This document shows, one piece after another, positions 19,647-31,081 of a stretch of DNA of 40,546 nt. Position 1 is the first letter of the stretch. Each line of letters starts with the position of its first letter. Source of the DNA: Gammaproteobacteria bacterium (GTDB lineage: Bacteria; Pseudomonadota; Gammaproteobacteria; SZUA-152); the NCBI GenBank assembly GCA_011371455.1, contig DRQN01000076.1, forward strand, positions 1-40,546. The letters run 5' to 3'. The notes beneath the pieces were generated by a model, which had not been told where the DNA came from, ran no database searches, and saw only the letters and a program-made list of their open reading frames with translations. The position numbers were made by a program, and so were the translations under genes.

Positions 19647-19913
19647 AGGGGGCGTTCTCAATGAATAATACCGTACTGCCGGGCCTCTGTTTTTGTCCAG
19701 CAAGGCAGAACGAGCGCGGTGTGGTTGTTCCACATAAGCGAGTGATAACGCCGCTGGGCGAAAACAGAGGCCCGGCCCTCCGGGTTGCGCCTGAAAAAGC
19801 GCCATGCTGCGTTGTTCGTCGTTCATTTACAACAAGCAAACATCTCTCCTCACGCCTTGCCTGGCGCTTTTTCAGGCACAACAGTACGGTCTTGTTCATT
19901 GAGAACGCCCCCT
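19647..19913. mobile_element. MITE-like non-autonomous element (~267 bp) with 32-bp terminal inverted repeats and two internal hairpins
   Basis: AGGGGGCGTTCTCAATGAATAATACCGTACTG (19647-19678) matches its inverse at 19882-19913 at 30/32. Internal 16-bp IRs: GCCGGGCCTCTGTTTT/AAAACAGAGGCCCGGC and GCCTGAAAAAGCGCCA/TGGCGCTTTTTCAGGC. Confidence 0.8.
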
Positions 19914-19965
19914 GGAACATTTGTTATCATTGATCGATCGAATCATGCCGAACTGGAGTCTACAC

Positions 19966-20418
19966 GTGAACCCGAACAGTAAACGCAACCCACAGCCAGC
20001 GCGCCGCCAGCGCGGCTTCACCCTCATCGAGGTGATGGTGGTGGTGGTCATTCTCGGCATCCTCGCCGCCATTGTCGTGCCGCGCGTCATGGATCGCCCG
20101 GATGCCGCGCGCACCACCAAGGCCAAGCAGGATATCCGTGCCATCGAGAGTTCGCTGAATCTCTACAAGCTGGACAACTTCGTCTATCCCACCACCGACC
20201 AGGGCCTGGAGGCGCTGGTCAGCAAGCCCGAGGGTTCACCCGAGCCGCGCAACTGGAAGCCCTACATGGACCGCCTGCCCAAGGATCCCTGGGGCAATGA
20301 CTACCAGTACCTGTCGCCGGGTGTGCAGGGCGATGTGGATATTTTTTCCCTCGGCGCCGACGGCCAGCCGGGCGGCGAGGGCGTGAATGCCGATATCGGC
20401 AACTGGGATCTGCAGTAA
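19966..20418 (+). CDS. gspG: T2SS major pseudopilin GspG
   Basis: RG|FTLIEVMVVVVILGILAAIVVP, YPTTDQGLEALV and LPKDPWG; GGAG RBS before GTG19966. Confidence 0.97.
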   Translation: MNPNSKRNPQPARRQRGFTLIEVMVVVVILGILAAIVVPRVMDRPDAARTTKAKQDIRAIESSLNLYKLDNFVYPTTDQGLEALVSKPEGSPEPRNWKPYMDRLPKDPWGNDYQYLSPGVQGDVDIFSLGADGQPGGEGVNADIGNWDLQ

Positions 20419-20467
20419 GCGGCAGCGCCACGCGCCCGTTTCCCGATCCCGTGCCGGCCGGTTCACC

Positions 20468-21040
20468 GTGCCCACCACCACTCGCCTGACGCCGCGCCCG
20501 CAGCCGTTCACCGGCCCGCCTTCCCGCGGGCCGTTTGTCGCCTGTCGTGGGTTTACCCTGCTGGAACTGCTGGTGGTGATTCTCATCATCGGCATCATCA
20601 TCGGCTTCGCCAGTCTCTCCGTGGGCCAGCACGCCAGCCGTACCCTGCAGGACGAGGCCAGGCGCATTCACAGCCTGCTGCGCCTGGCCGCGGACGAGTC
20701 GGTATTGCAGGGCCGTGAGCTGGCCATGCAGTTCAGCCCCGAGGGTTATCGTTTCATGACCCTCGACGATGCCAACTGGGTGCCCGTGGAGGGGGATCGT
20801 CTGCTCCGCGAGCGGGAATTCCCCGCTGAGCTGAGCCTGGATCTGAGCCTGGAAGGCGTGGACGTGGATCTGCTCGACACGGAAAATCCGCCGCGTATCT
20901 TTATTCTCTCCAGCGCCGAAATGACCCCCTTCGAACTCATTCTCGGCAACGATGAGGGCGAGACCTATACCTTGCAGGGCGACTTTACCGGCAAGCTGAC
21001 GCTGGCGCGAACCGGGGAGGCCGACGATGACGACTGGTAA
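20468..21040 (+). CDS. gspH: T2SS minor pseudopilin GspH
   Basis: RG|FTLLELLVVILIIGII and IFILSSAEMTPFEL. Start is uncertain (GTG20468 chosen). Confidence 0.9.
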   Translation: MPTTTRLTPRPQPFTGPPSRGPFVACRGFTLLELLVVILIIGIIIGFASLSVGQHASRTLQDEARRIHSLLRLAADESVLQGRELAMQFSPEGYRFMTLDDANWVPVEGDRLLREREFPAELSLDLSLEGVDVDLLDTENPPRIFILSSAEMTPFELILGNDEGETYTLQGDFTGKLTLARTGEADDDDW

Positions 21041-21401
21041 CCGCCAGCGCGGCTTCACCCTGCTGGAGGTCATCGTCGCCCTGGCAGTGATCGCCTTCGC
21101 CCTGTCGGCGGCGGTCAGCGCCGTGTCCGGCAACACGCGCAACGCCGCCGGCCTGCAGCAGCGCACCTACGCCCACTGGGTGGCCATGAACCAGATGGCC
21201 GAGCTGCGCGCCAGCCGCCAGTGGCCGAGCACGCGCACCACCCGCGGCAGCAGCCTGATGGCGCGCCACGAGTGGTACTGGTCGATGCAGGTCTCCACCA
21301 CTCCGGACAAGAACGTGCGGCGGGTGGATATCACCGTGCGCGTCGAGGAAGACGACGAGTCGCCGCTGGTGACCCTGACCGGCTTCGTGGGGCGGCAATG
21401 A
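21027..21401 (+). CDS. gspI: T2SS minor pseudopilin GspI
   Basis: RG|FTLLEVIVALAVIA, AHWVAMNQMAEL and gene order. Confidence 0.94.
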   Translation: MTTGNRQRGFTLLEVIVALAVIAFALSAAVSAVSGNTRNAAGLQQRTYAHWVAMNQMAELRASRQWPSTRTTRGSSLMARHEWYWSMQVSTTPDKNVRRVDITVRVEEDDESPLVTLTGFVGRQ

Positions 21402-22012
21402 ACGGACACGGGCCACAGCGCGGATTCACCCTGCTGGAGCTGCTGGTGGCGCTGTCCATCTTCGCCCTGCTGGCGGCCATGGCCTACGGTGGGCTGAACA
21501 CGGTGATGCGTTCGCAGCAGGCCACCACCCAGCAGGCCGAGCGCCTGGCGCAGTTACAGAAGACCTTTTTCTGGCTGCAGCGCGACATCACCCAGGCCGT
21601 CGACCGCCCCGTGCGGGGTGAGTTCGGTGATCCACAGCCGGCCATGGTGGGGCTGACCCTGGGCGAGCGCCGCCTCGAACTGACCCGCAACGGCTGGCGC
21701 AACCCCGTCGGCCGCCAGCGCAGCAACCTGCAGCGCGTGGCCTGGGGGTTGCGTGACGACAAGCTGGTGCGCCTGTACTGGAACGTGCTGGACCGCGCCC
21801 AGGACAGCAAGCCGCTGGAAACCGAGATGCTGGACGATGTAGAGAAATTGGAATTGCGCTTTCTCGACGACAAGCAGAAGTGGCACGACGTCTGGCCCGC
21901 CCTCAATCGCGGCGTGGCGGTCAGTATCAGCCTGCCGCTGGCGGTGGAAGTGACCGTGGAGACCGGCCGTGAGGGCCGCATCCGCCGTGTCTTCGAGGTG
22001 GCTGGCGGATGA
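21398..22012 (+). CDS. gspJ: T2SS minor pseudopilin GspJ
   Basis: RG|FTLLELLVALSIFA, TRNGWRNP...RSNLQRV and LPLAVEV; ATGA overlap with gspI. Confidence 0.95.
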   Translation: MNGHGPQRGFTLLELLVALSIFALLAAMAYGGLNTVMRSQQATTQQAERLAQLQKTFFWLQRDITQAVDRPVRGEFGDPQPAMVGLTLGERRLELTRNGWRNPVGRQRSNLQRVAWGLRDDKLVRLYWNVLDRAQDSKPLETEMLDDVEKLELRFLDDKQKWHDVWPALNRGVAVSISLPLAVEVTVETGREGRIRRVFEVAGG

Positions 22013-22974
22013 TGGGTGGCAGGCGCGGACAGGCCGGCGTGGCGTTGATCACCGCGCTGCTGATCACCGCCCTGGTGACCGTGGCGGCGGTGGCCATGGC
22101 CAGCCGCCAGCAGCTGGATATCCGCCGCACCGGCAACCTGATGGAGGTTGACCAGGCCTGGCAGTATGCCCTCGGCGTCGAGGCCTGGGCGCGCCAGATA
22201 CTGGCCGCGGATGACGCTTCGCGCGATACCCTGGACTACCTGAAAGACCCCTGGGCGGCCCCGGTGCCGTCCCTGCCGGTGGAGGGTGGTTCGGTGCAGG
22301 GCTCGGTGGAAGACCTGCAGGGGCGCTTCAATCTCAACAACCTGCTCAAGGGCGATGGCCAGCCCGACCCGGTGCAGGAGCGGATCCTGCAGAACCTGTT
22401 CGACCGGGTGGCGCTCACCGATGCCAAGCTGAACCTGGGTCCCTATCTGGTCGATGCGCTGGTGGACTGGCAGGATGCAGGGCCCGATGTCTACCGCAAT
22501 GGCGCCGAGGATGGCGAGTACCTGGGCCTGGCGCCACCCTATCGCGCCGCCAACCGGCCGATGGCCAGTCCCAGCGAGCTGCTGACCGTGGCGGGTTTTT
22601 CCGCCCGCGCGGTGGCCAAACTGACGCCGCTGGTAGCGACCCTGCCGGCCGCGTCCGGGCCGCTCAAGCTCAATATCAATACGGCGCCGGAGGTGGTGCT
22701 GATGAGTCTGGATGCAAAGCTGACGCCATCGATGGCGCAGCAGATCGAGGCCTATCGGAAAAAGACCCCCTTCGACTCGGCGGCGGATTTTGTCCAATAC
22801 CTCAAGCGTGAGTTCGATGTCACCGTGGACCCGAACCTGGTGGATGTGAAGAGCGAGTATTTTCTCGTCAATGCACTCGCCAGCATCGGTCGTGGCAATG
22901 TACAGTTATACAGTTTGCTCAAACGCAGCAACAACGAGATCACCACCCTTCAGCGCAGCATTGGAGTCTATTAG
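22009..22974 (+). CDS. gspK: T2SS minor pseudopilin GspK
   Basis: QAG|VALITALLI, DLQGRFNLNNL, GAED..Y and LNINTA. Confidence 0.95.
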   Translation: MMGGRRGQAGVALITALLITALVTVAAVAMASRQQLDIRRTGNLMEVDQAWQYALGVEAWARQILAADDASRDTLDYLKDPWAAPVPSLPVEGGSVQGSVEDLQGRFNLNNLLKGDGQPDPVQERILQNLFDRVALTDAKLNLGPYLVDALVDWQDAGPDVYRNGAEDGEYLGLAPPYRAANRPMASPSELLTVAGFSARAVAKLTPLVATLPAASGPLKLNINTAPEVVLMSLDAKLTPSMAQQIEAYRKKTPFDSAADFVQYLKREFDVTVDPNLVDVKSEYFLVNALASIGRGNVQLYSLLKRSNNEITTLQRSIGVY

Positions 22975-24248
22975 TGCGTAAACAACTGTTTCTGCAACTG
23001 CCGGCGGACGGCCCCAGCGAGGCCGGAGACTGGTGCTGGGTGGTGCGTGACGACGAGCGCCCCGGCGGCAGCCTGTTTCGCGGGCCTCTCGCCGACAGTG
23101 TGAAACAGGCCATCGGGGCGCGCGTGGTGGTGCTGGTGCCGGGGGTGGACGTCCTGCTGGCCAGCGCCGAACTGCCGGGGCTGAACCGCCAGCGCCTGGC
23201 GCGCGCGGTGCCCTTTGCGCTGGAGGAGCAGCTGGCCAGCGACGTGGAAGATCTGCACTTCGCCCTCGGCCAGCGCGACGACCACGGCCGCATCCACAAT
23301 GCGGTGGTGGCGCGCGAAAAGATCGCCGCCTGGCTGGAGCAGCTGCGCGCCGCCGGCCTGCAGGCGGACGTGATGCTTTCCGAGGTGCTGGCGGTGCCGC
23401 GCGAGGCCGCCAACGACGCCGGCCGGCACTGGTCGCTGCTGATCGACGGCGCGCGCTGCCTGCTGCGCAGCGACAGCCAGCAGGGGCTGGCGCTGGATCT
23501 GGACAATCTCGCCGTGGTGCTGCGGGCGGCGCTGGACGAGGCGGGCGACGGCCTGCCGGCCCGCCTCGACGTCAAGGTTTGCGGCGACGGCGGCTTCGCC
23601 GGCAGCGATCACTACCGGCAACTGGACGAGATCTGTACCGCGGCGGGCATCGAGCTGGTGCTGCAGCCCCAGGACGACGACGGCGCCCTGCTGCTGGCGC
23701 GGGGTTTTGATGAAAAGTCGGCCATCAACCTGCTGCAGGGCGACTACAGCCGCCGTGGGCAACTGGAAAAGCTGCTGCGCCCGTGGCGTCCGGCGGCGCT
23801 GCTGCTGGGCCTGTGGCTGGTGATTCAACTGGGTGCCATGGGGCTGGAATACCAGCGCCTGGCCGCGCAAAATGAAGCGATGCGTGAACAGATCACTGCC
23901 CTCTACCGCGAGGCCTTCCCGCAGGCGCGCAAGGTGGTCAATCCGCGCGTGCAGATGGAGCGCGGCCTGGCCAGGCTGCGCGGCAGTGGCGGCCAGACGG
24001 ACCTGCTCGGCTTCATCGCCGAGGCCGGCCCCATCCTCAAGGCCACCCCGGGACTGAAATTGCGCAGCCTGCGCTACAAGGAAAACCGCCTCGACATCGA
24101 CCTGGAGATCGGCACCCTGCAGGCCCTCGACAAGCTCAAGCAGCGCCTCGGTGACGAGGCCGGACTGGCGGTGGAGATCGTTTCCGCCTCCTCGCGTGAC
24201 GGCAAGGTGGAAAGCCGCATCGCCCTGCAGAGCGGAGGTGAGGCATGA
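22974..24248 (+). CDS. gspL: T2SS inner-membrane platform protein GspL
   Basis: AVPFALEEQLASDVEDLHFA, INLLQGDY, a single TM and VVNPRVQM. Confidence 0.93.
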   Translation: MRKQLFLQLPADGPSEAGDWCWVVRDDERPGGSLFRGPLADSVKQAIGARVVVLVPGVDVLLASAELPGLNRQRLARAVPFALEEQLASDVEDLHFALGQRDDHGRIHNAVVAREKIAAWLEQLRAAGLQADVMLSEVLAVPREAANDAGRHWSLLIDGARCLLRSDSQQGLALDLDNLAVVLRAALDEAGDGLPARLDVKVCGDGGFAGSDHYRQLDEICTAAGIELVLQPQDDDGALLLARGFDEKSAINLLQGDYSRRGQLEKLLRPWRPAALLLGLWLVIQLGAMGLEYQRLAAQNEAMREQITALYREAFPQARKVVNPRVQMERGLARLRGSGGQTDLLGFIAEAGPILKATPGLKLRSLRYKENRLDIDLEIGTLQALDKLKQRLGDEAGLAVEIVSASSRDGKVESRIALQSGGEA

Positions 24249-24739
24249 AGGCCTGGTTCGAAAGCCTCGAGCCGCGCGAGCGGCGCATGCTGATCGTCGG
24301 TGCGGCGCTGCTCGGCGTGATGCTGTTTTATGTGCTGGTGTGGGAGCCGCTGGAACACGGCGTCGACACCCTGCGCAAGAGCAACGCCGAACAACAGGCC
24401 CAGTTGCAGTGGATGCAGCGGGCCGTGGCCGAGGCCAAGCAACTGCGCGGCGCCAGCGGCCGACCGGCGCAGCTGGCCAAGGGTCAGTCACTGCTGGCGG
24501 CCATCGACCGCGCCGCGCGCAGCAATCAGCTCGGCGATGCCCTCAAACGGGTACAGCCCGATGGCAGCGGGCGTGCCCGGGTGTGGCTGGAAAATGCCAG
24601 CTTTGACCGCCTGGTGCGCTGGATCGACGGCCTGCAACGCCAGCAGGGCGTGCGCGTGGTGAGCAGCGTGTTCGAGGCGCGGGAAGAAAAGGGCCGCGTC
24701 GACGCGCGGCTGGTGTTCGAGAGTGGTGGCGGGGCATGA
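24245..24739 (+). CDS. gspM: T2SS protein GspM
   Basis: WFESLEPRERRML, a TM helix and gene order. Confidence 0.92.
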   Translation: MKAWFESLEPRERRMLIVGAALLGVMLFYVLVWEPLEHGVDTLRKSNAEQQAQLQWMQRAVAEAKQLRGASGRPAQLAKGQSLLAAIDRAARSNQLGDALKRVQPDGSGRARVWLENASFDRLVRWIDGLQRQQGVRVVSSVFEAREEKGRVDARLVFESGGGA

Positions 24740-25527
24740 GGCTGGGATTCAACTGGCGCTACGTGCTCATCGGCCTGCTGGCCTATATTGCCTTCCTGTT
24801 GGTGCAATTCCCTGCCGACCGCGCCTATGCCTGGTGGAAGGCCGGCCCCGGTGCGCAACAGCCGGTGGTGCTCACCGGCCTCTCCGGCACGGTATGGCAG
24901 GGCCGGGCGCAGCGCGCACTGATCGATGGCCAGCGCCTGGATGGCCTGGCGTGGCACCTCAAGCCGTGGACCGTGTTGCTCGGCAAGCTGGCGCTGGATT
25001 ACGAAGTCCGTCTCAATGACGGCTTCATGCGTGGCGCCGTGGCGGCCGACCCGCAGGGCGCGGTCACCTTCGAGACGCTGGAGGCCAAGCTGCCCCTGGC
25101 GCAGCTGTCGCTGCCGGCGATCGCCACCCTGCGGCCCGGCGGGGTGGTCAACCTCAACCTGCGCGAGGTGGACTGGAACGGCGAGGCCCTGCTTTCCGCG
25201 CAGGGCCGTGTGGTGTGGAGCAATGCCGGCATCAGCCTGTTGCAGCCCTTGCAGTTCGGCGATCTGGCGTTGACCCTGGAGACCCGTGACGATGGCGTGG
25301 TGGGTGAACTCAGCGACGCCGGCGGTCCCCTGCAGGCCGAGGGCCTGCTCACCCTCAAGCCGGATGGCAGTTACCAGTTCACCGGCAGCTTCGCCGCCCG
25401 CGAAGGCGCGCGATCCCCCCTCGGCCAGGCCCTGAGCGCCCTGGGCCGCCCCGGCGTGGATGGCAAGATCCAGGTCAGCCGTTCCGGACAGCTGGCGGAT
25501 CTGGGACTGGTGACTGCCCGACGCTAG
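24736..25527 (+). CDS. gspN: T2SS protein GspN
   Basis: N-terminal TM ending FPA, GLSGTVWQG and gene order. Confidence 0.9.
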   Translation: MRLGFNWRYVLIGLLAYIAFLLVQFPADRAYAWWKAGPGAQQPVVLTGLSGTVWQGRAQRALIDGQRLDGLAWHLKPWTVLLGKLALDYEVRLNDGFMRGAVAADPQGAVTFETLEAKLPLAQLSLPAIATLRPGGVVNLNLREVDWNGEALLSAQGRVVWSNAGISLLQPLQFGDLALTLETRDDGVVGELSDAGGPLQAEGLLTLKPDGSYQFTGSFAAREGARSPLGQALSALGRPGVDGKIQVSRSGQLADLGLVTARR

Positions 25528-25611
25528 CAGGCTCAGGTTCGCGGCCCATTCGCGTAAATGCTAATATTCCCGCCGGATTTCCCCCTTTCGTTACTGTTTA
25601 CTGGAGTTTGC

Positions 25612-26868
<1,257 letters not shown>

Positions 26869-27003
26869 ATTTGATATGGTTTTTCTCCTTCGCGCAGCGT
26901 CACCCAGGGCGAACCTTGGTGGCGTTGCGCGGTCTCATCTCTTAAGCAAAAAAGCAGACCCCGTCATGCGCAGGGGCCGCTTCATCGACTAAACTCAAAA
27001 CGT

Positions 27004-27333
27004 ATGGCTAAGGAAGACGATACCCTTGACGGGGGGCATGACGACGGCCTGGCGGTAGAAGAGGCCCGGCCGCGGTTGAAGAAACCGCCCATGTACAAGG
27101 TGATGCTCCTGAACGACGATTTCACGCCCATGGAGTTCGTCGTCCATGTGCTCGAACGTTTTTTCCGCATGGACCGCGCCAGGGCCACCCGCGTGATGCT
27201 CAATGTGCATACGCAGGGCAAGGGGCTGTGTGGCGTGTTCGTGCGCGAGATCGCCGAGACCAAGGTGGCGCAGGTCAACGACTATGCGCGCAGCAACGAC
27301 CACCCCCTGCTGTGTTCGATGGAAGTGGCCTGA
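27004..27333 (+). CDS. clpS: ClpAP adaptor ClpS
   Basis: [26 protein letters not shown] and HPLLCSME. Confidence 0.98.
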   Translation: MAKEDDTLDGGHDDGLAVEEARPRLKKPPMYKVMLLNDDFTPMEFVVHVLERFFRMDRARATRVMLNVHTQGKGLCGVFVREIAETKVAQVNDYARSNDHPLLCSMEVA

Positions 27334-27397
27334 GATATGCAAGCGGATTGCCTGTAGACAGTGCAAGTCCACGACCACGACTGCAAAGAGGTGAACC

Positions 27398-29671
27398 ATG
27401 TTAAGCCACGAGCTGGAAGTCAGTCTCAACCTCGCTTTCAAGGAAGCGCGGGAGCAGCGGCACGAATTCATGACCGTCGAGCACCTGTTGCTCGCCCTGA
27501 TCGACAACCCCGCCGGCAGCAGTGCGCTGAGGGCCTGTGGCGCCAATCTTGAAACGCTGCGCGACGAACTCGTCGAATTTTTGGCGGAAAACACGCCCCT
27601 GTTGCCCGAGGGCGACGAGCGTGAGATCCAGCCCACGCTGGGTTTCCAGCGTGTGCTGCAGCGTGCCGTATTTCAGGTGCAGTCCTCCGGCAACAAGGAG
27701 GTCACCGGCGCCAACGTGCTGGTGGCCATGTTCAGCGAGCAGGAGTCCCAGGCGGTGTATCTCCTCGGCCGGCAGAATATCGCCCGTCTCGATGTGGTGA
27801 ACTACATCGCCCACGGCATTTCCAAGATCGAAGACGGCGAGTCCGACGCCCTGCCGCCCTCGCAGGACGAGGAGCAGGAAGGCGAGGGCAGCCCCAAGAG
27901 CGCCCTGGAGACCTACGCCAGCAACCTCAACCAACTGGCCATGCAGGGCAAGATAGACCCGCTCATCGGCCGCAAGGCGGAGATCGAGCGCACCTTGCAG
28001 GTGTTGTGCCGCCGGCGCAAGAACAACCCGTTGTTCGTCGGCGAGGCGGGAGTCGGCAAGACCGCCCTGGCCGAAGGTCTGGCGAAGCAGATCGTCGACG
28101 GCGAGGTGCCGGAGATCCTCGCCGGCAGCACCCTCTATTCCCTGGATCTGGGTGCGCTGCTGGCGGGCACCAAGTATCGTGGCGACTTCGAGAAACGCCT
28201 CAAGGCGGTGCTGGCGCAGCTGAACAAGGAAAAGGGCGCGATTCTTTTCATCGACGAGATCCACACCATCATCGGTGCCGGCGCGGCCTCGGGCGGCGCC
28301 ATGGACGCCTCCAATCTGATCAAGCCGGTACTGGCCTCGGGCGAGCTGAAATGCATCGGTTCGACGACGTACCAGGAATATCGCGGCATTTTCGAGAAGG
28401 ATCGTGCCCTGGCGCGGCGCTTCCAGAAGATCGACCTGCCCGAGCCGACGCTGGAGGAGACGGTGCAGATCCTCACCGGACTCAAGTCCCGCTTCGAGGA
28501 ACACCACGCGGTACGTTTCACCAAGCAGGCCCTGCGCACCGCCGCCGAGCTGGCCGAGCGCTATATCAGCGAACGCCACCTGCCGGACAAGGCCATCGAC
28601 GTCATCGACGAGGCCGGCGCCGTGCAGCGGCTGGCCGCGCCCTCCAGGCGCAAGAAGACCATCGGCGTGAAGGACATCGAGGCGGTGGTGGCGAAGATGG
28701 CGCGCATCCCGCCCAAACAGGTCAGCGTCTCCGACAAGGAGGGCCTGCGCAATCTGGACCGCAACCTCAAGCTGGTAGTGTATGGGCAGGACGAGGCCAT
28801 TGGCACCCTGGCCTCGGCCATCAAGATGGCGCGCGCCGGGCTGGGCAATGAAGACCGGCCCATGGGCTCGTTCCTGTTCTCCGGCCCCACCGGCGTGGGC
28901 AAGACCGAGGTCACGCGCCAGCTGGCCAAGATCATGGGCATCGAGTTGATCCGCTTCGACATGTCCGAATACATGGAGCGGCACACCGTGTCACGATTGA
29001 TCGGCGCACCGCCCGGCTATGTCGGTTTCGACCAGGGCGGCCTGCTCACCGAGGAGATCAACAAGCATCCGCATGCGGTGGTGTTGCTGGACGAGATCGA
29101 AAAGGCCCACCCGGACGTGTTCAACCTGCTGCTGCAGGTGATGGACCACGGCACCCTCACCGACACCAACGGCCGCAAGGCGGACTTCCGCAACGTGATC
29201 CTGGTGATGACCACCAACGCCGGCGCGGAAACCATGAGCCGCCGTTCCATCGGCTTCACCGAGCAGGATCACAGCACGGACGGCATGGAGGTCATCAAGC
29301 GCACCTTCACGCCCGAGTTCCGCAACCGCCTGGATGCCATCATCCAGTTCCAGCCGCTGGACAGCGCCACCATCGGCCACGTGGTGGACAAATTCCTCTA
29401 CGACCTGGAGACCCAGCTGGAGGAAAAGAAGGTGGTGCTGCACGTGGACGAGTCGGCGCGCGCATGGCTGGCCGAGCACGGCTACGACGAGAAGATGGGC
29501 GCCCGGCCCATGGCGCGGGTGATCAAGGACCGCATCAAGAAACCGCTGGCCGAGGAGCTGCTGTTTGGCCGTCTGGCCGAGGGCGGCAAGGTCACCATCA
29601 GCGAGGAGGATGGCGAACTGGTGTTCGATATCGCCTCCAGCGAAGAGACGGTGGCGGCGGAGGTGCTGTAG
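27398..29671 (+). CDS. clpA: ATP-dependent Clp protease ATP-binding subunit ClpA
   Basis: [14 protein letters not shown] and two Walker A motifs ([16 protein letters not shown]). Confidence 0.99.
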   Translation: MLSHELEVSLNLAFKEAREQRHEFMTVEHLLLALIDNPAGSSALRACGANLETLRDELVEFLAENTPLLPEGDEREIQPTLGFQRVLQRAVFQVQSSGNKEVTGANVLVAMFSEQESQAVYLLGRQNIARLDVVNYIAHGISKIEDGESDALPPSQDEEQEGEGSPKSALETYASNLNQLAMQGKIDPLIGRKAEIERTLQVLCRRRKNNPLFVGEAGVGKTALAEGLAKQIVDGEVPEILAGSTLYSLDLGALLAGTKYRGDFEKRLKAVLAQLNKEKGAILFIDEIHTIIGAGAASGGAMDASNLIKPVLASGELKCIGSTTYQEYRGIFEKDRALARRFQKIDLPEPTLEETVQILTGLKSRFEEHHAVRFTKQALRTAAELAERYISERHLPDKAIDVIDEAGAVQRLAAPSRRKKTIGVKDIEAVVAKMARIPPKQVSVSDKEGLRNLDRNLKLVVYGQDEAIGTLASAIKMARAGLGNEDRPMGSFLFSGPTGVGKTEVTRQLAKIMGIELIRFDMSEYMERHTVSRLIGAPPGYVGFDQGGLLTEEINKHPHAVVLLDEIEKAHPDVFNLLLQVMDHGTLTDTNGRKADFRNVILVMTTNAGAETMSRRSIGFTEQDHSTDGMEVIKRTFTPEFRNRLDAIIQFQPLDSATIGHVVDKFLYDLETQLEEKKVVLHVDESARAWLAEHGYDEKMGARPMARVIKDRIKKPLAEELLFGRLAEGGKVTISEEDGELVFDIASSEETVAAEVL

Positions 29672-29716
29672 GCATCGAGCCTTGCAAGGCCGCGTCGGTT
29701 GCGGCGCCTGAAACAC

Positions 29717-29742
29717 AAACGCCCGGCATGTCCGGGCGTTTT
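29717..29742. terminator. Bidirectional terminator between clpA and infA
   Basis: AAACGCCCGG-catgt-CCGGGCGTTTT. Confidence 0.75.
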
Positions 29743-29776
29743 GCTGTGTGGCGCCTGCCTTGCCGCTGTGGGGTAC

Positions 29777-29995
29777 TCAGCGGGCGCGGAAGGTGATGCG
29801 GCCCTTGCTCAGGTCGTAGGGCGTCAGCTGCACGGTGACCTTGTCGCCGGTGAGGATGCGGATGTAGTGCTTGCGCATCTTGCCGGAGATATGCGCGGTC
29901 ACGATGTGGCCGTTTTCCAGTTCCACCCGGAACATGGTGTTGGGCAGGGTCTCGATGACCGTGCCTTCCATTTCGATGCTTTCTTCTTTTGCCAT
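29777..29995 (-). CDS. infA: Translation initiation factor IF-1
   Basis: [30 protein letters not shown]...[14 protein letters not shown]. Confidence 0.99.
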   Translation of the reverse strand: MAKEESIEMEGTVIETLPNTMFRVELENGHIVTAHISGKMRKHYIRILTGDKVTVQLTPYDLSKGRITFRAR

Positions 29996-30101
29996 TGCTT
30001 GATTTGAACCAGTTTGCTGTCGTGGGCGGGGAGGGCCAAGCCTGCTGACGCGCCGCGCCGGGATGAAATTCAGGGCGGCATGATGCCTGAAAACGCGCCA
30101 A

Positions 30102-30220
30102 TAAGGAACCTCTGATTAGCTCCATGATTGGCTCTTGGGTGAAAAAGAGCAGGGTTCAAAACGCCCGAATTCAAGGCCGAACCGCCCCGGGTGGAGAGCC
30201 ATTGGCGTGATTTCCATCAG
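30102..30220. repeat. Possible truncated MITE/repeat remnant
   Basis: TAAGGAACCTCTGATT (reads LIRGSL on the minus strand) resembles, from recall, the end of a common proteobacterial intergenic element. No matching opposite end was seen and the right boundary is approximate. Confidence 0.4.
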
Positions 30221-30478
30221 CGGGTGATGGCGGTTTGCAGGGCAGGGCCCAGGCCGGTGATGCAAGCCGGGCTCGTCGTGGGAACCTTTTGCGGGGAGAA
30301 GGCGTTATGGATGGGCGAATACCAGCTAATCTCCAGGCGTGAATACGCATGGGCATTTTTGTTAAGGCAGCTTTAAGGAGGGCTTGAGACAGTTTGTGCT
30401 CCGGCCACTGGCGCGAGGCCCATGCGCCAGCGGCTGGACGGGCGGAGGGGGTTCTTTCCCTCCGTCCGGTCAACGATT

Positions 30479-30715
30479 TCAGGCGCAGATGGCGTGCTTC
30501 CAGGGAGTCTGCAGCCAGCCCACGGTGGGATGGGTGGCATCCTGGGAAATCAGCAGCTCCATGCCCAGCAGCTCTGTCACGGCATTGAAGTCGTTGGGGT
30601 TTTCCAGCTGCTGTTTCAGGCATTCGAGATGCGCGTAGTTCATGCGCAGCGTATTTGGGCTATAGCCGTGTTCCTTCTCGAATGCCTGGCAGACGTTGTA
30701 GATAAAACTCAACAT
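30479..30715 (-). CDS. Small hypothetical protein (78 aa)
   Basis: ATG start, protein-like composition (MLSFIYNVCQAFEKEHGYSPNTLRMN...HPTVGW) and otherwise free intergenic space. Confidence 0.7.
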   Translation of the reverse strand: MLSFIYNVCQAFEKEHGYSPNTLRMNYAHLECLKQQLENPNDFNAVTELLGMELLISQDATHPTVGWLQTPWKHAICA

Positions 30716-30904
30716 TGGATCGCCCCTGTGCTCAGGGGGCTGTACCGCACGCCCCGGATGAATTGGATTGCTCTTACCCGGTATATCGTCCGATTGGCGC
30801 GGGGCAATAGGGTGAACAATAGGGTGAAGATGTAACAGGGAAGGATTTGCTGGCTGTCTCTCGTGGTATTCGGTGCCGGGTGTGTTTCTGCGCCTGATCG
30901 TTAG

Positions 30905-31081
30905 CCTGAATCCGTGGGTTCAGGGCGGATCGATGAGTTGCGTAATCGCCGTCATGAACCCACGGATTTAGGTGTCAGGAAAAGTGTTGATTTGAGGGTT
31001 CGGTATTTTTTCACACCGGCCTTGTCGAGGGGGTTGTGAATATACGCGCCCCGAATTTTTACCTGAACCCACGGATTCAGG
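30905..31081. promoter_or_regulatory. Three copies of a 20-bp palindromic motif upstream of pgaA
   Basis: CCTGAATCCGTGGGTTCAGG (30905-30924), its exact reverse complement CCTGAACCCACGGATTCAGG (31062-31081), and a degenerate copy TGAACCCACGGATTTAGG (30955-30972). Confidence 0.7.

Noticed and set aside
19584-19982. Small ORFs in the rhombosortase-gspG gap
   Set aside because: They are translations of the MITE's inverted repeats.
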